Below, piece by piece: positions 11,281 to 25,062 of a stretch of 64,000 bases of DNA. Position 1 is the stretch's first letter. Every line of letters begins with the position of its first letter. Source of the stretch: Thalia democratica (lineage: Eukaryota); NCBI GenBank assembly GCA_965202585.1, contig OZ241829.1, forward strand, positions 5,518,001 through 5,582,000. The letters run 5' to 3'. The position numbers were made by a program, and so were the translations under genes. The notes below the pieces were generated by a model, which did not search any database, was not told the origin of the DNA, and saw only the letters and a list, made by a program, of their open reading frames with translations.

Positions 11281-13629
11281 AAAGCTGTGTTTAAATATAT
11301 TTCTTTGATGAAACAAAATACAATAACCATCGAGTGTTTTTAACGCTGAATAATAAATCAAACAACTAGCATTTTAAATTATATTAAGCTAGTTTAGCTT
11401 ATGCATATCTTTTTCAAGCTTTTTATTATACCATAAATATGTATAATATACCAGAAAGTATTTAAAACACTTTAAAACAATCTTAAGTAAAAAGTTTGAA
11501 AGTGTAGTTACAATAATAGTTAATTAAATTTCATATTAGCCACATTTAAAGATGCAGAAAAAACATTAAAATACGAAGAAAAACACAAATGCACTTAAAC
11601 TTATTGGTTTGTTTTATAGTTTTATCACAAATATAAGCTAAAATAACCAGAAAATAAGTATCACTTTATCTTTTTTTTACTTTAACTATCAAATACTTTT
11701 TATTTTATTTTAAGGGATAATTACGACTTTGACGTACGTAGAAGATGCTTTTTGGCCTTCAGTTGTGTTTTTAGAAAATTTTATAAACTGGTTCAGCATT
11801 TAAGTGACTTGTAAATTTAGATCTCTGAAATAACTCAGCATTACGATGTGAGCTTTTTTTAAACATTCAATTCGTCAAACCAAATACAATGTTAGTTGAC
11901 TTTTTATTTATTGGTATTTTTTTTAAACTGTTATAAACAAATTTTTTTTTTAAACTAATACATACTGTTAATTGTAAAACTGTTTTTGTAATTTGTATAT
12001 ATAACTACTAAGTTATTTATATTAATAAAATACATGGAAACGATAATAATTGTTACCTTTTATAATCTAAATACTATTAAGTTAACTGTAAAAAATGCAA
12101 ACACTAATTTAGCATCACAGTATTCCAATTTTAGGCTTTTTTAAGCACACTCCATACATTTGTGTTTTACACCATACTATATTTATCTCGTTTATTTTTC
12201 AAGTAATAAAATTGAGTTAAGATATATTAACTTACACAAAAATATATAAAAACAAAAACTGTTCTTGTGTGAGTTGTTCCAATTTGTACAAAAGTATATT
12301 TAATTTTATTTCAATCGAATACAAATCAATTTGTATCGAGATTGGTGAGGATTACAGCAATTTAGATAGAATTAAAAGTATAATAACTATGATGGAATAT
12401 GATTTGATTTTTTTATGAATAAGTATTTGTGTTGATCAGAAATGGCTGGAATATATATTAAATTTTATGGTTTGAAATTAAAAGCAAAAAAAGGTCGTAA
12501 GCACTAATTACCGAAGCTTTTAAAATTACACTAGTTTTAATTAAAAATCAAGTCATACAAAAATTTTATTTTGTCTCCATAAATTGAATAACTGTGTTAT
12601 TTTTGTGAATAGAATGAAGTTTAAGTTCTTCGGCCTGTCAAGGACTAGACTTTTCCACATCTGCCTAACTAATTTAAAGTGCTGTTTACTCCTGGTTTAT
12701 AAAAACTTAGTAATTTAAAAAATAAATAAAGCATTAATCCTAAATGTTTTAAAACTAGTTATTGGTTAAAAAAATACTAAATTTTAAAAGAAACATTTTT
12801 AACAGTCGTAAATTTGTTTTGAAATTCAAAGAGTGGTTTCAAATATCTAGATAAATTGGACAGTTCTTTGTGATTGCAAATTTTATTTATTAAGTTATTA
12901 ATTGAGGTGTAAAAAATGTAACATTCTATCCAGTTTTCATTTCCGAAAACATTTTTATTCATACTTTTACTTCCTAAAATACAAAAATGATGAGATTTCA
13001 TTGATTTGCACATAGACTCAAGCTAACACAGCATCGAAACCATGACTTAATAAACGGTTAGTCTAAAATTTACTAAATTAATGACTTTTTGTTTCTGTTA
13101 GTACTTGTCAAACTGCCTGTAAAACGTAATGTTTTACTAAGTTGATTAAGAAATTTTACAACTGTATTCAATAAATTTCAAGTTTTTTTTATACATTTCT
13201 CTCTTTATATCATACAGTGATTTTAAAAAGTTATTCATCATACAGCCTAAGGTTTCTAATTTAGCGTTTCGGCTAAGTAATAGAGCTTTTATTTTCGACA
13301 ACTTTTGCAAAACTTTTATTTAAGCACTTCAAGTGAACAAAAAAAAAAGAGGTTGATTAATAAAAAAATTATTTTTGTATTTTAAACTTTATTTTTCGGT
13401 ATTAAGTGTTATCAAAAAAAAAACAGTAATTTATAAAAAGAGATAGCACTACAGAAAATAGTAGCAGATAGGTATTCTAGTCAATTTTTATTTTTAAGAC
13501 CAAAAACGCGACTTTCCTTCAACAGACGAGCTATGATATGTATAAATACGTATAGCTAAAACATATATATATAGATATTATATATAAACATAGATAAAAC
13601 ATCTATACAAATACATATAGATAAACTTA

Positions 13630-13755
13630 AAAATAAGACTAAAACAAATCTGTCTAACACTAAAAATATTAATAAAACATAAATGTGACTAAAACAAAAA
13701 ATGTGACTATAAATAAAATGTGACTAAAATTAGAAGTCTGACTAATACTGTGGCG
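13630..13755. repeat. Degenerate GTGACTAAAA repeat tract, probable DNA-transposon remnant
   Basis: ATGTGACTAAAA x3 then CTGACTAATACTGTGGC; same family as 5461-5590. Confidence 0.4.
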
Positions 13756-14599
13756 ATGATGATTATATTTTTCTGCCTTGGCCCTGATCTTTGATAACTT
13801 AGATTTTAAAAACTTTTTTAAGAATCGGTAGCTGATTTATCTAACAGCAAGGGACAACGCAAGTTGATATAAGAGATTTTTTTTTCAAAAGTTCTTGGAA
13901 AAATATTTTGGTAAGCTACGATAAATTTACCTGTTTTGCCAGACCGGCTGAATTTAAAACCACAGCAAGAAATATAAGCAGACAAATATTAATTATATAA
14001 AAAACAATGTTTTTTGTAAATGTTTACACTTAGCGGTAAGTTGTGTTTTAAATTTTTAATTCTATAAATATAAAAAAGTACTGACAGTTTTCTAATATAT
14101 ATTTCAAATATCATCATTATTTCTATCCTTAAATACGAATATTGGTTGAAACTAAAAAATGCTTTTCCTAAGAGTTATTGCTACACATAACAAAATAAAA
14201 TTAAAAAAACTTGTTTTTAAAACCACTTTTTTGTTTCGAATAAAATATAAATAGCTTTAAACAAAACCAAACAGAATAAAATCGAATAGCAAGAACTTAT
14301 ACGTCAAATATATAATATGTAATATTTGTTTGACTTGTCCAATTATATATATTTTGCTTTGAAAATAGTTGTTAGTAGCATTAATTCAAAATTTATTCAA
14401 ATTTAGATACAAAATCAGATAATTTTAAACATATTTTTCTGTTTTAAACATGTATAGTTTTATATGTTTATATATAAAAACTAGTAACAAGTAAACTAAA
14501 TTACAAAAATAGGAAGGTGCAAACGTAATCATTTTACAACGTAGCTTTAATTTTATTTAACTATTTATAGTTTTTATTAACTGTAAAAAATGGAGTCAT

Positions 14600-14680
14600 T
14601 GCTCAAGTTTTTTGGTAATTTAAGGATAAGGACCTGGATACGCAAAAAGACTTCTCGGTCATCGAGTAATGTTATATTTA
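14600..14680 (+). repeat. Short dispersed (SINE-like) repeat copy
   Basis: AAGGACCTGGATACGCAAAAAGACTTCTCGGTCATCGAGT is near-identical to 31321-31370 and to the reverse complement of 58280-58325. Confidence 0.7.
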
Positions 14681-15117
14681 TTGATTTATCATAAAAAGTT
14701 TTAGTATAAACTGAACTTCACCACAAAACCAACAACATGATGGCCAAATAAGTTATATTGATAATTAAGAAAATAAAAAATCAATTACAAAAAAAAAAGA
14801 AAAAAAAAGCAAAATAAACTATAAATTTGTTTGCTCAACTTGGTCATTAATACTTATTAATTTTATAAAAAAAATCAATAAAATAAGCCGTGTTACGACC
14901 TTTGGTTAGTAGTTTATTAAAAAAAAATCATTAGAAACAACTATATTGTATAGTTCTAGTTATAGATCTACTATTATTTTTAATTGTATACTAATTTAAA
15001 TTATTGAAAACGCAAAAAATATTTTTTCAACAATATTTTGTATTATGTCGATTATTTTGGCTAATGTTATGAAATATTTTAAATAACGACATAATTAGAA
15101 AAATATTGTATATAAAT

Positions 15118-15619
15118 GGGATCTGGTCTAAATTGCACGAAGTGACTAAATTGAACGAGTGAACAAAATAGCACAAAGCCAAATTTGCTCGAGAGCACAA
15201 AACTGCACGAGGGAACAAAATTGCACGAATACGATTTTCACCAAGGGTCAATTTTGCATCAGAGTAAAAAAACACAGAAACGATACAATATAAATATACA
15301 GAAAAAAAAAAAGTTACTGACCGAGGGTAAGGGTTAGGGGTAACAATGACAGTAAAAAAAAGAATAACTAATAATAAAAATAAAAAAAAGTTAAAAATAA
15401 AGCTACCGACCGATGGTATGGGTTAGGGGTACCAGTGATAGTAATAAAAAATAAAAATTAGATTAATAAAATTGATAAAAATAATAAAAAAATTTAAAAA
15501 AAAACTTAGGCCGTGCCAAATTGTCTCCGTGCAAAATTATCTGCTCGAGCAAAAGTGTCTTCGTTCAATTTTATCCCCTTGTGCAATTTTGTACGCTCGT
15601 GTTATTTAGACAGCTTCCC
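15118..15619. mobile_element. MULE-like element (copy B)
   Basis: TIRs GGGATCTGGTCTAAATTGCACGA / TCGTGTTATTTAGACAGCTTCCC; GCACGA subterminal repeats; two internal AGGGTTAGGGG-type units; TSD degenerate in A-rich flanks. Confidence 0.75.
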
Positions 15620-18600
15620 ATAAAAAATTGCTTTATTTAAAAATTAAATGTAATAAAATAATACAGAAACATTTGATAGTTAAAGGTACAGACTAGGTTT
15701 TACGAAATATATTGGTGAAAATAGTATTTTCACACTATACTAGCAACCGGTAAAATGTAAAAAAAAAGGTTTGATTATCTATAGAAGATTCCAACATGCA
15801 TTTAAGCTTCTTATTTTAATTTATTTGTACAATACAAGCACACTTTAAACTAACTAAAACAAACTCTTAATTTTACTAAAATTTATAATTATACACTGTT
15901 AACATTAATTTTTGGTTTTATTGCAGAGTTATATAAAAAGTTTAAATGTCAGTAAGCATCATTCTTATTTGTAAAGTCTTTATTAATTCTTTGTAGACTA
16001 AAAAAACCAGGCTTTCATTAAAGCAAGTTACCGCTCATATTTCAACTTTTGTTATTTATCTTGAAGTTTTTTTTGTTTTTGCATCAGTATATATGTCAAA
16101 AAAAAACTTATTCAATCTAATTAAAAAAAAGTAAAGTCAAACTATAAAGTTAAACAATTTAATCTCTGTAAGCCTTCAATAATCTTTAAAACAAAAAATT
16201 AAATTAATTCAGGGAGACAGCTAAGTTGTAAATGGAATAAATTTGAGGTGTATAAAAGGTTAACATTTTAAATGACAACAATACTTTTTTAGTGAGCAAC
16301 TAAGATCTTTTAAATGTCAAGGTTGTTGAAAGAAAACAAAAACAATAAAATTAAGTTATGAAACTAAAAAATGTGATTTAATAAGTTCTAATAAAAATTA
16401 AATTATAAATTAATTTGTGTAATATTTTATTGTTATCTAACTAAACTATTTTACAGAGTATTAATATTACAGTTATAATTTTTTTACAAATATTTCTGGT
16501 TTTGAGAATAAATTTTATTAGGTATTAGTTATAAGATAGTAGAATTAGCTTTATAAACTTTTAACTTGTATTAAAATTTAGCCTCTTAGCGGTTTTAAAT
16601 AAACTTTCACAATAGTTAATAAATTTAAAACAACTTAAAATTCAATTTTACGTATTAGTAAATACTAAAATTAAAACCCTATAAAATTTTTTTTTAAATT
16701 TTTCTCTAAAAACTAGAAGTATAAACTGAAATATAATTTTGTCTATATTAAATAAACATTTTAAAGAGTTTATAAAACAAAATGACAAATTTTTCGAAAT
16801 ATTAAGAAATTTTATAAGTACTTTTTAGATCTAGTTGAGAGGTAGCAAAAATTAAACTATTTTAATGCGATAAAGGGTGTGTAAATCCGTAAATCAATTT
16901 GATAAAGTTATATAACAATTTTATTTAGATTTTAATCAGTTAATTCATCAAAATTATATCTAAAAAGAGATTAATTTTTATAATATAAAACCAATCTTAC
17001 AACATTATAAAAATTAACAGCCAAAGTTGCAAAATTAGAATTTCAAACCAAAAGACAAAGTCTTTGTATTAAAAGTAGTATGCAGCTAGCAAAAAAATTA
17101 AAAACAAAACTTTTTGTTTAGTTTAATATTTTCTGTCTGTTACAGAACTTAAAAATCAATTGAAAAATAAACACGTTGATATTCTGTTTTGTATAATATA
17201 GATCTAAATGATTAGAAATACAAACAAAAACTATTTTTATTAAGGTTTAGCTAACAATTTATAAAATAATTTTAAATGCAAGAATATTTACATTCTGACA
17301 ATTAAGAATCTGAAACTTAAAGTTTTAATTTATTTAATTTTTTTTTAATTATAGGAGCTATTTTATCATCATATCATTAAAATTTAAACCTACAGAGACG
17401 TCTCCTTGCTTCTTGAGCTACTTTGGAATTTGATCATGTCATATTCATATTATATTTAAACAAAAAAAAAACCTAACAAGGAAGACATAAATCAGAAATC
17501 CTTTAAGAAGTTATAAAAAGTTAAGGGATAAAAGTAACTATTTAAACTCCAGTATGGTATCAGCTTGTCATACATTTTAAATAGTTTAACTTTGACTGGA
17601 CTATTCTATTATGTATTAAGCGATGTTTTTTAAATTTTGCTGACTAACATTTTACATTTTAGAGTTCGACTTGAGGTTTGTCAAAAATTACTTTCAAGTA
17701 GCAAGTAAGACATTTACTTAAAGCTTCTTAGTTCAGAAAACCTAATTAGGAAGACAATAGTTTTAAAATTACCAGATTGATATAATTTGCATAACTTTGG
17801 CGACTGTAGTGTACAAAACTAATGTAATCTATTAGATTTATTAGTAATTTAAACTGGTTTTAACGTCTTTAAATTTTTATTTACTGCATTTTTTTGATCT
17901 GTTGTAAATTGCATCTTTAGTGGTTTGTTTAAACTAAAGGAAGTAGGGAATTTTTTTAGCTGGTTGGCAAGATATGGGAACCTGTGGTCTAGGCAAGCAA
18001 AAGAACTTTTTTTATTTTGGAAAATGCGAATTTACAAATTAATATTAATAATTAAGTTATTTTGATTCTACTAACCTGGGCTTGATTATCAATAAAATAT
18101 TACATGTTAATAGTTTATAACAAAGAAGTAATACAAAAAATCAAATTAGTTTAAAATATCAATTTATTAAAGAGACAAAAACACAAAAAGTATAACAGTT
18201 AATTAAGCGACAAAAAAGCGCTCAATCGATTTGGTTCAAGGACATGGTGTACGAATTTTTTTTTATTATACATTGTTTATTCAAATTTTAATGCATTTTA
18301 ATTGTTAACAGTTTTTACAATTTTAAATTAAATATTTTACTTTTCATTTAAATATATTAATCAATTTTAAAACTTTACAAATACAGCTCACTTAATATTT
18401 TGTTACGTGAACTTTAAAAGGCAGAAGTTATTAAACAAAACTTTTTTGATTAAATCTTTTTTTTTTACAAAAAAATATTTTTCAGCCCTGATTTAGATGA
18501 AAATTAGTTGAATAGAAAGTTTCTGTGAAAAGTCTAAAATTTTGTTGTACAACTGCTGCTTATTAAATATGTTATGTCCTGAAAAGTTCAAAAATTATTA

Positions 18601-19108
18601 AAGCATTAATTTAACTAGTACAGACAGCTTCATAAATTTTCGATCCAACTCTATTCTATAATTAAACTGTCAGTTTATGTAGTTTTTTATTTTTATCATA
18701 AAACTTTTTAACTTTCACTCTATTTTTATGAATATTCAAAATTTATTTATGACTGCTATTAAGAAAAGTTTAGTTGTTCAATAATGTTTTATGTCACTAA
18801 ATTGGTAAGATTTAATTTTTACATAAACAATACTTAGTGTTAAAAAATTAACTTAATGGTAAAAAAAAACAACTAAAGTCAAACTTTTAATCTATATCTA
18901 TGAAAAGTTTTTTAATAATTTATTTTAAAAACTGAAGTACATCAATTAAAAATATCCTGTTGCAGCTAAGAACGATTAACTAAATATCTCCTGTTTCACG
19001 TGAAAAATTAGTTCCTCAAACCATTGATTCATCTCATAAACTTTTTATTTAGTTTTAAACAAATACAATTTTTCTTAATAGCATATATACTAGTACAGCA
19101 AATTAAAA

Positions 19109-21018
19109 ATGTCTTCAGCGCCTGTTAATAAAGAACTACCTCAAAAAGTAAATGAGGATCCTCAAGTTTTCGAAGAAGATCCCGACTTTGATGACGACCA
19201 TTATGATTACACTGATGTTTTCCACAAAGAGGTATGAATATTTTCCGTAAAAATAATCTTTATATGTCAGCTAATAAAAGACATGTGTTTTCTAGTTAAA
19301 ATAAATGTAGTTTTACAGGAAAAATATCTGAGTTTGAGCTAATTTACTTTTTTTTGTTGTTTTATTTTCGGAACTAGCTTTTAAACATTCACTTTTGTTA
19401 CGCTTTTAATAAAATTGGTTTGAAGTTATATAGTTTTTTTTTTGACATGTGATACATTTCACTGTTGTTTTCACTGTACTACATAAATAATCACATTAAA
19501 TAACGTATTAAGCACAAAAACATAAAAATTACCGAGGCACTAACGTTCTAACTAATTTATAGATTAAAGAAATATACGAATTCTTCATAATTGATAATCC
19601 TGCCGGCTTCGTTCGTCTTGTAAAAACGAGGTTGAACTACTATATTGTTATAAATAACTAATAATAAACTAAATAAAAAACTTTTTGCTACTTAACATGA
19701 GTAAACTGTCAATCTTCCATTATTTTATATATTTCAAACAGATTTTCTTAAAGGTGTACAGTACATTTGTCAAAAATAAAGCCAAATTAAATTTTTGCTA
19801 AAAACTGAATTTAAATTAACTATAATAAAAATATTTAAAAAATAAAGACAACTAAATAAATTGATAGTTAATATAAAAAAGTATTATTAGTTTAACCTGC
19901 CCAAAAAAAAGCCACGTTTTTGTTGCTTCTTTTTTATAATAGCATAAAAAAAACTCAAACAGAATATATATATTTTAATAAAACAGTCCCTACCCCAACA
20001 CGTGGCAGCCACCTAGTGTACTTCCACCCGGAATTAGATTGGCGCCACTTCAACTACCGCACCGGCACCTTTGAACCCGATCACGTGAATGAAGCTTGGA
20101 AGGGACAAGTGGATTCCGGAAGTAAGGGAAAAGTTTGAGAAGAAACGACGTGAGTTTGAGAGAAGGTATGTGATTTAAATAGTTTTGTTACAAATATTTT
20201 TTATTTGTTTTGTATTTGGTCTGACGTCGGTACGAGGCAAGAGTAGCTTTGACATCATCCTCATACTTCTGCTTTTTGATTGGTTCAAGTTCCTTTACTG
20301 TTTTCATATCCGTGGTAACATATAAGATCCAATGTTATATTTAGTAAAAAACATGTCGAACCCCCATATGCCATTAAGCCTTTTAAACACTTCTCATGTT
20401 AATATCACAAATTTAGAACATGTTTGCAAATTTATATGCATATACTAACAGTTAATTATATATCATTATTTAGGTCGAATCTCCTGCAAAAAAGGGTAGA
20501 AAAAAAGATTCAAAATCCAGGAATGGGTCTGTGGAGTCCAAGGGAGTTAGTACATTGGAACAAAGGCAACATTAAAGGTAAACTTTTATTTATTTATCAA
20601 GTTATTAAACTTATTTACTACATACATTTAATTAACATAAATACTGATCAGAGGTTTAGTTTTATAAACATTTTATTTATTTTTACTAGTTTAGTGCCAC
20701 ACTTAGATCAAAACTTGAAAGTATTTTAACATTTTAAATGATTAAAATGATTAAAGGATATTTTTGCTTACCTTATAAAAAACCTGTTGACCAAAAGGTA
20801 TCAATGTAAAATGTTCATAAAAAAGCTGTTAATTTTTTTCGTATCGTCAAATATAAAAATATTAGCTTGTGCTTTTTAAAAAGGGATAGTTCCCAGCGGA
20901 AAGACTACACCGGATAAATCCAAGTACGTCAACCAGTACAACAACAATAAAAGAGGCAGAAAAAGAAAGATTACGGAATAAGCTATTAGAAGGCCTCGCT
21001 AAACTTCCTAAAAAGTAA
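19109..21018 (+). CDS. Unidentified 5-exon gene or pseudogene (~190 aa if the exon-3 frame break is repaired)
   Basis: GC-rich exon candidates with GT/AG ends: 19109-19231 (MSSAPVNKEL...DVFHKE), 19563-19630 (IKEIYEFFIIDNPAGFVRLVKT), 19987 or 20009-20165, 20474-20577 (SNLLQKRVEKKIQNPGMGLWSPRELVHW), 20884-20981/21018; AATAAA follows at ~21031. Exon 3 cannot be read through in one frame. Confidence 0.5.
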
Positions 21019-21578
21019 TTTTAGTTTTCAAATAAACATTTTATGATGTATAAAATGTCAGTTTTGTTCTATAACTATTGCTTTAGTGTTTGAATATTAT
21101 TATATTCAACTATTTTTCAAGTTATCTATTAAATATAACTACGTGGTACGTAGTACTTGATAAAATATTTTTATGTTGTTAATGTAAAATTTTAAGATAT
21201 GTTATGTAAAACGTAAATTTCAGAATATGTTTTTCCTGATTGATTGTTTTTCATACTTCCAGCTGCCAACATGTTTCCCATCATACCTCAAAATGGTTTC
21301 TTAAATATGAAACTCCTGCTTCAATTAATTTTTCCAATTTAGACTGGTTGTTTGGACCGCTAGTTTCTTTCTTTAGTTCAAATAATAATTTGATATAACA
21401 AATGAGTTAAATAATAAAAAAAAATAATCTGAAATAAAGACTTGTTGTTTATTTGATCGATAAAAGTAATTAACTTATAATCTTAACGTATCTGAAATAA
21501 GTATAGTCTGTGTTTGTTAATATAATTTCTAATAGAAAGTTATATGAAGTAAATGTTTATCATACTTGAAGATTTCAT
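20188..21578 (-). CDS. Unidentified minus-strand multi-exon gene interleaved with the plus-strand gene
   Basis: Phase-compatible exons 21566-21578 (ATG), 21287-21366 and 20772-20825 give MKSSKTSGPNNQSKLEKLIEAGVSYLRNHFELFYEHFTLIPFGQQVFYK; a coding-like terminal stretch MKTVKELEPIKKQKYEDDVKATLASYRRQTKYKTNKKYL* ends at 20188 (junction unresolved); candidate UTR exons at 22309-22359 and one ending at 24702 (CTG|GTAAAC). Confidence 0.45.
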
Positions 21579-24500
21579 TAATGTTGTTATTTAAGTGAAA
21601 CATTTTTGTAAGCAAATTCATGAAATAACAAGATTGCAAAGTTTAGTTCCTAATATTAGTATAAGCTAAATCGTTCCCTGCTTATAGTTTTATAGTTTCT
21701 ACGTAAATCAAAGTTGTTGGAGTGCTAATGTTGCCAAATTAAGACTTAGTATCAAGTTAAAAATGTTTGATCTACTAAAATGTCGTGCTTATGTTTTATG
21801 TGACTTAAACTCGTTGATTTCTAGTACTCCTGATACAAAGTACTGTTTATTTTATCACAACTTAAGAATAATTATTTAAAAAAATGTGTTTATCAATACA
21901 TTAAATTTTATAAAGTACTTTAAAATAATTAGTTTTTCGATTAAAAATGAAGAAATCTCTTTCAAAAAAAAATCTTTAATTTTTTTTAAATATTAGTTAT
22001 GTATCAAATCATAATTATTATATCGTTAACTTGATTTAAATATTTTTTAAACATTTTTGTGTTTAAACAGTAGTTTTAAAAGAGATTTATTAAACTTAGA
22101 AATAAATAACATTTCAAGTTGCAGTTTTACTAAAAAAAGTTTTCGTTTTTATATGATACTTAATGTTCTAATCGACTTTAAAAAAAAGCTCTTTGTATTG
22201 ATGGTATCGTAATCACAGATTAAAAACCTTATGAATTGATTAAAACCAAGTGAACAGCACATAAACAAAAAAATATGTTAAAAATGCATTTTATAAGCAG
22301 TAAATTACCAACGCAGTTCTAAGATGAAAGTTTCAGGAAATTATCTCCCAATTGCATTCCTGAAAATTAAATAGTGGTCTTGAATTTTTAATTGAGAACT
22401 TTATCTGCAGAATAGAACTCGGCTCGTCAAGCAAGAGTATATAACTCACTTAAAACTTAGCTTGAAAATACATATTACAAAAAATAATACAACATTTACA
22501 AGTCGATAGAATATTTTATAAATAAAAATTACAGTACTTTGTCTGTACATGATAGTGTTTAATAAATGGTTTATTATCTGCATTTGCAAGATTAATTTTA
22601 GGTATTATTACAAAGTCTATGAAAACTGTTTATTACTATTCAGGCGTACAAAATATTATTAAATTATTTTGCTACAAAATATTTTTTGCAAAACGTTTGT
22701 TACTAAAATAAGATATACTAATTAAAAAACTAAACATTACATGGACTCAAGTTTGATTTAAACAGTTTTTTGTAACAGCTTACAAAAGAATAAAAATTAT
22801 ATTTTGTTATTATGATTTTTAATTAAAACATTAAAAAAAAAGTTATTTTAAAGTTTATTATATTTATAGTTATTATTTCGACGGTGGGTAAAAAGATAAA
22901 TTTCAAGTTTTAAAATCCAGTGATGTTTAAACAATCGGACAATATTGTAATTATTTTTTATCTAATTTAAAGCATAAAAAGGTAACTTTTTATATATTTT
23001 TTAATATACTTGAATTTTAAATACTAATGTTAAGTAAAATTACAAAACTCAAGTACTAAACAATAAAACTCAAGCGCTAAACCTATAGTTTGATATACAT
23101 AACTTATGACTAAAACGATTGTTTATAATATTATCTTCACTAGTGATAGTGTTAGTTGTAGTGTATTTGTTTAATGGAATTAAAATATTGATACCACATA
23201 ATAAATCTAATTTATATCAACTAACATTGTACAAATCAGAATTCCCATAAAGTAATAGTTTTTCGCGTCTAAGTTAAGAATTAAAGTTATTAGTGTGGTT
23301 AAAGTGCCTATTCTTAAATTGTGATTAAATTTATTGAACTTTTTAAATAATTTTTTGTCAAAACTAGCTAATTATTCATATACTAAAAAAGGGTTTCACG
23401 TTTATCTAAACGCTTCGTTTTAAGTTATAAAACTTTTAGTACAGTTTTAGTATAAAACCGGTTTTTATAGAGGTTTCAAATAGAATTAAATTGTTTAAAA
23501 TTCAATTTTTTTGTCGTTGTCAATCATTGAACAAAATGCATCCAATAATTACGAACATTGTATAGTTTTATAACAGTCGGATTTAACATTAAGTATTTTA
23601 CCTATTATTAACTATTAACCTTTAAAAATTTGTGGTAAATTATTTTATTTTAATTTTAATGAAAATATGTATACACCTACTTTACTCTATGCTTCTATTC
23701 TCATATTACAGTAATTATTTTTTACAGAACCCAGTTGAAGTGTGTTGATTAGTTAACACACAGAAACATATTAGTACAATAAAGGAAGATTACTGTACAA
23801 TTTGTTTTTATTTATATTCCAGTGAACTTGTTTCACTAGGATCTTTTATTAGCAAACAAATCTATATTTTGAACAGTTATGTAAAGTATTTCTAAATCAT
23901 AAACAAAAATTTATAACTGTAAAATTCTATCAAATAGGATAGATAAACTAAAAATTAATATACAAACTAACTCGGATTATAAGAAAAAAAGTTTTCTTTC
24001 CACTTCTTAACCTTTTTTACAGCGAGTATAAATAAAAAACTCTTGTATATAAACTTATACTAGCGCGTAAAAAACTGTTTAAACAAAATAGTTGTGATTG
24101 TATACATAAGTGTAAAACATTTTATTTTTTTCCTACCTTGACGCGGGTTTATCAAATACTGTTATAAGTAAACAGTTTTCAGCAATTTTATTATTAAAAA
24201 GCAAACAAATATGTTTAATTTTTTATAGAATTTTTATTTTCGTTGAAATGTTGACAGTACTTAATCTTCTACGCTGGTAGTAAAAGAAGTTAGTTCAGTG
24301 TAAAATAAATAAATACTTTTTTATCTTTCAATATCTTTTTGTTATAACAAAGTTTTGTTGATGTGCAATAGCATCAGTGAAATAAAATATGATTTAGACT
24401 TTGTTATAATTACCTATTTTTCAATAATGGTTTTCAATTATACTTCAGAATATTTCATAAATTAAACATTTTGTATAAGTTAATAGGAAAGGTTAAAGGT

Positions 24501-25062
24501 AATCATAAGTTATAGTATTAACCAAATAATAACAACACGGCAAATAAAAACGGTTGTGAACACATGAGTAGGTTTAACATAAAACAAAATAAAAAATTTA
24601 ATATATAATAAGTTACATATTTCATTGTATCTACAAAAAGACCCAAAAGCAACTTTTACAATAATAAGTTAATATCTTAAGAAAAATAAATACAAGTTTA
24701 CCAGCTTGCTTTCGCGCTGATTCAAAGCTAAGTTATGCAACAAATAAAATAAAAAGAAAGGTTAAGAAAAATATATTGTTACTGATTTAAAAAAAAATGT
24801 ACAAAAGAATATTTTTTTCGTGTTGCATTGCAAATCATCAAGTGACACTTTTTCAAACATAATTTTGTTTTTCACACTGGTTTAAAGCTAAGCAGACTAA
24901 GTTTAAGAAACTTACTTTTTATAAAACCGTTCAGTTCATTGTAGCTGTCTTTTGTACAAAATATGAAAAATAACCTGCTTGTTATTCAAAACGTTGAACA
25001 GTAGCTGTTTAAAAAAACCGTTGAAAACTCATTTTTATAAAAAAAAATTCTGCACGTTTTTA

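Noticed and set aside
20133-20165. Selenocysteine or TGA read-through of three in-frame TGAs joining frame b to exon 4
   Set aside because: No SECIS-like element seen, TGA is used as a stop in the neighbouring ETS gene, and a single-base indel is a simpler explanation.
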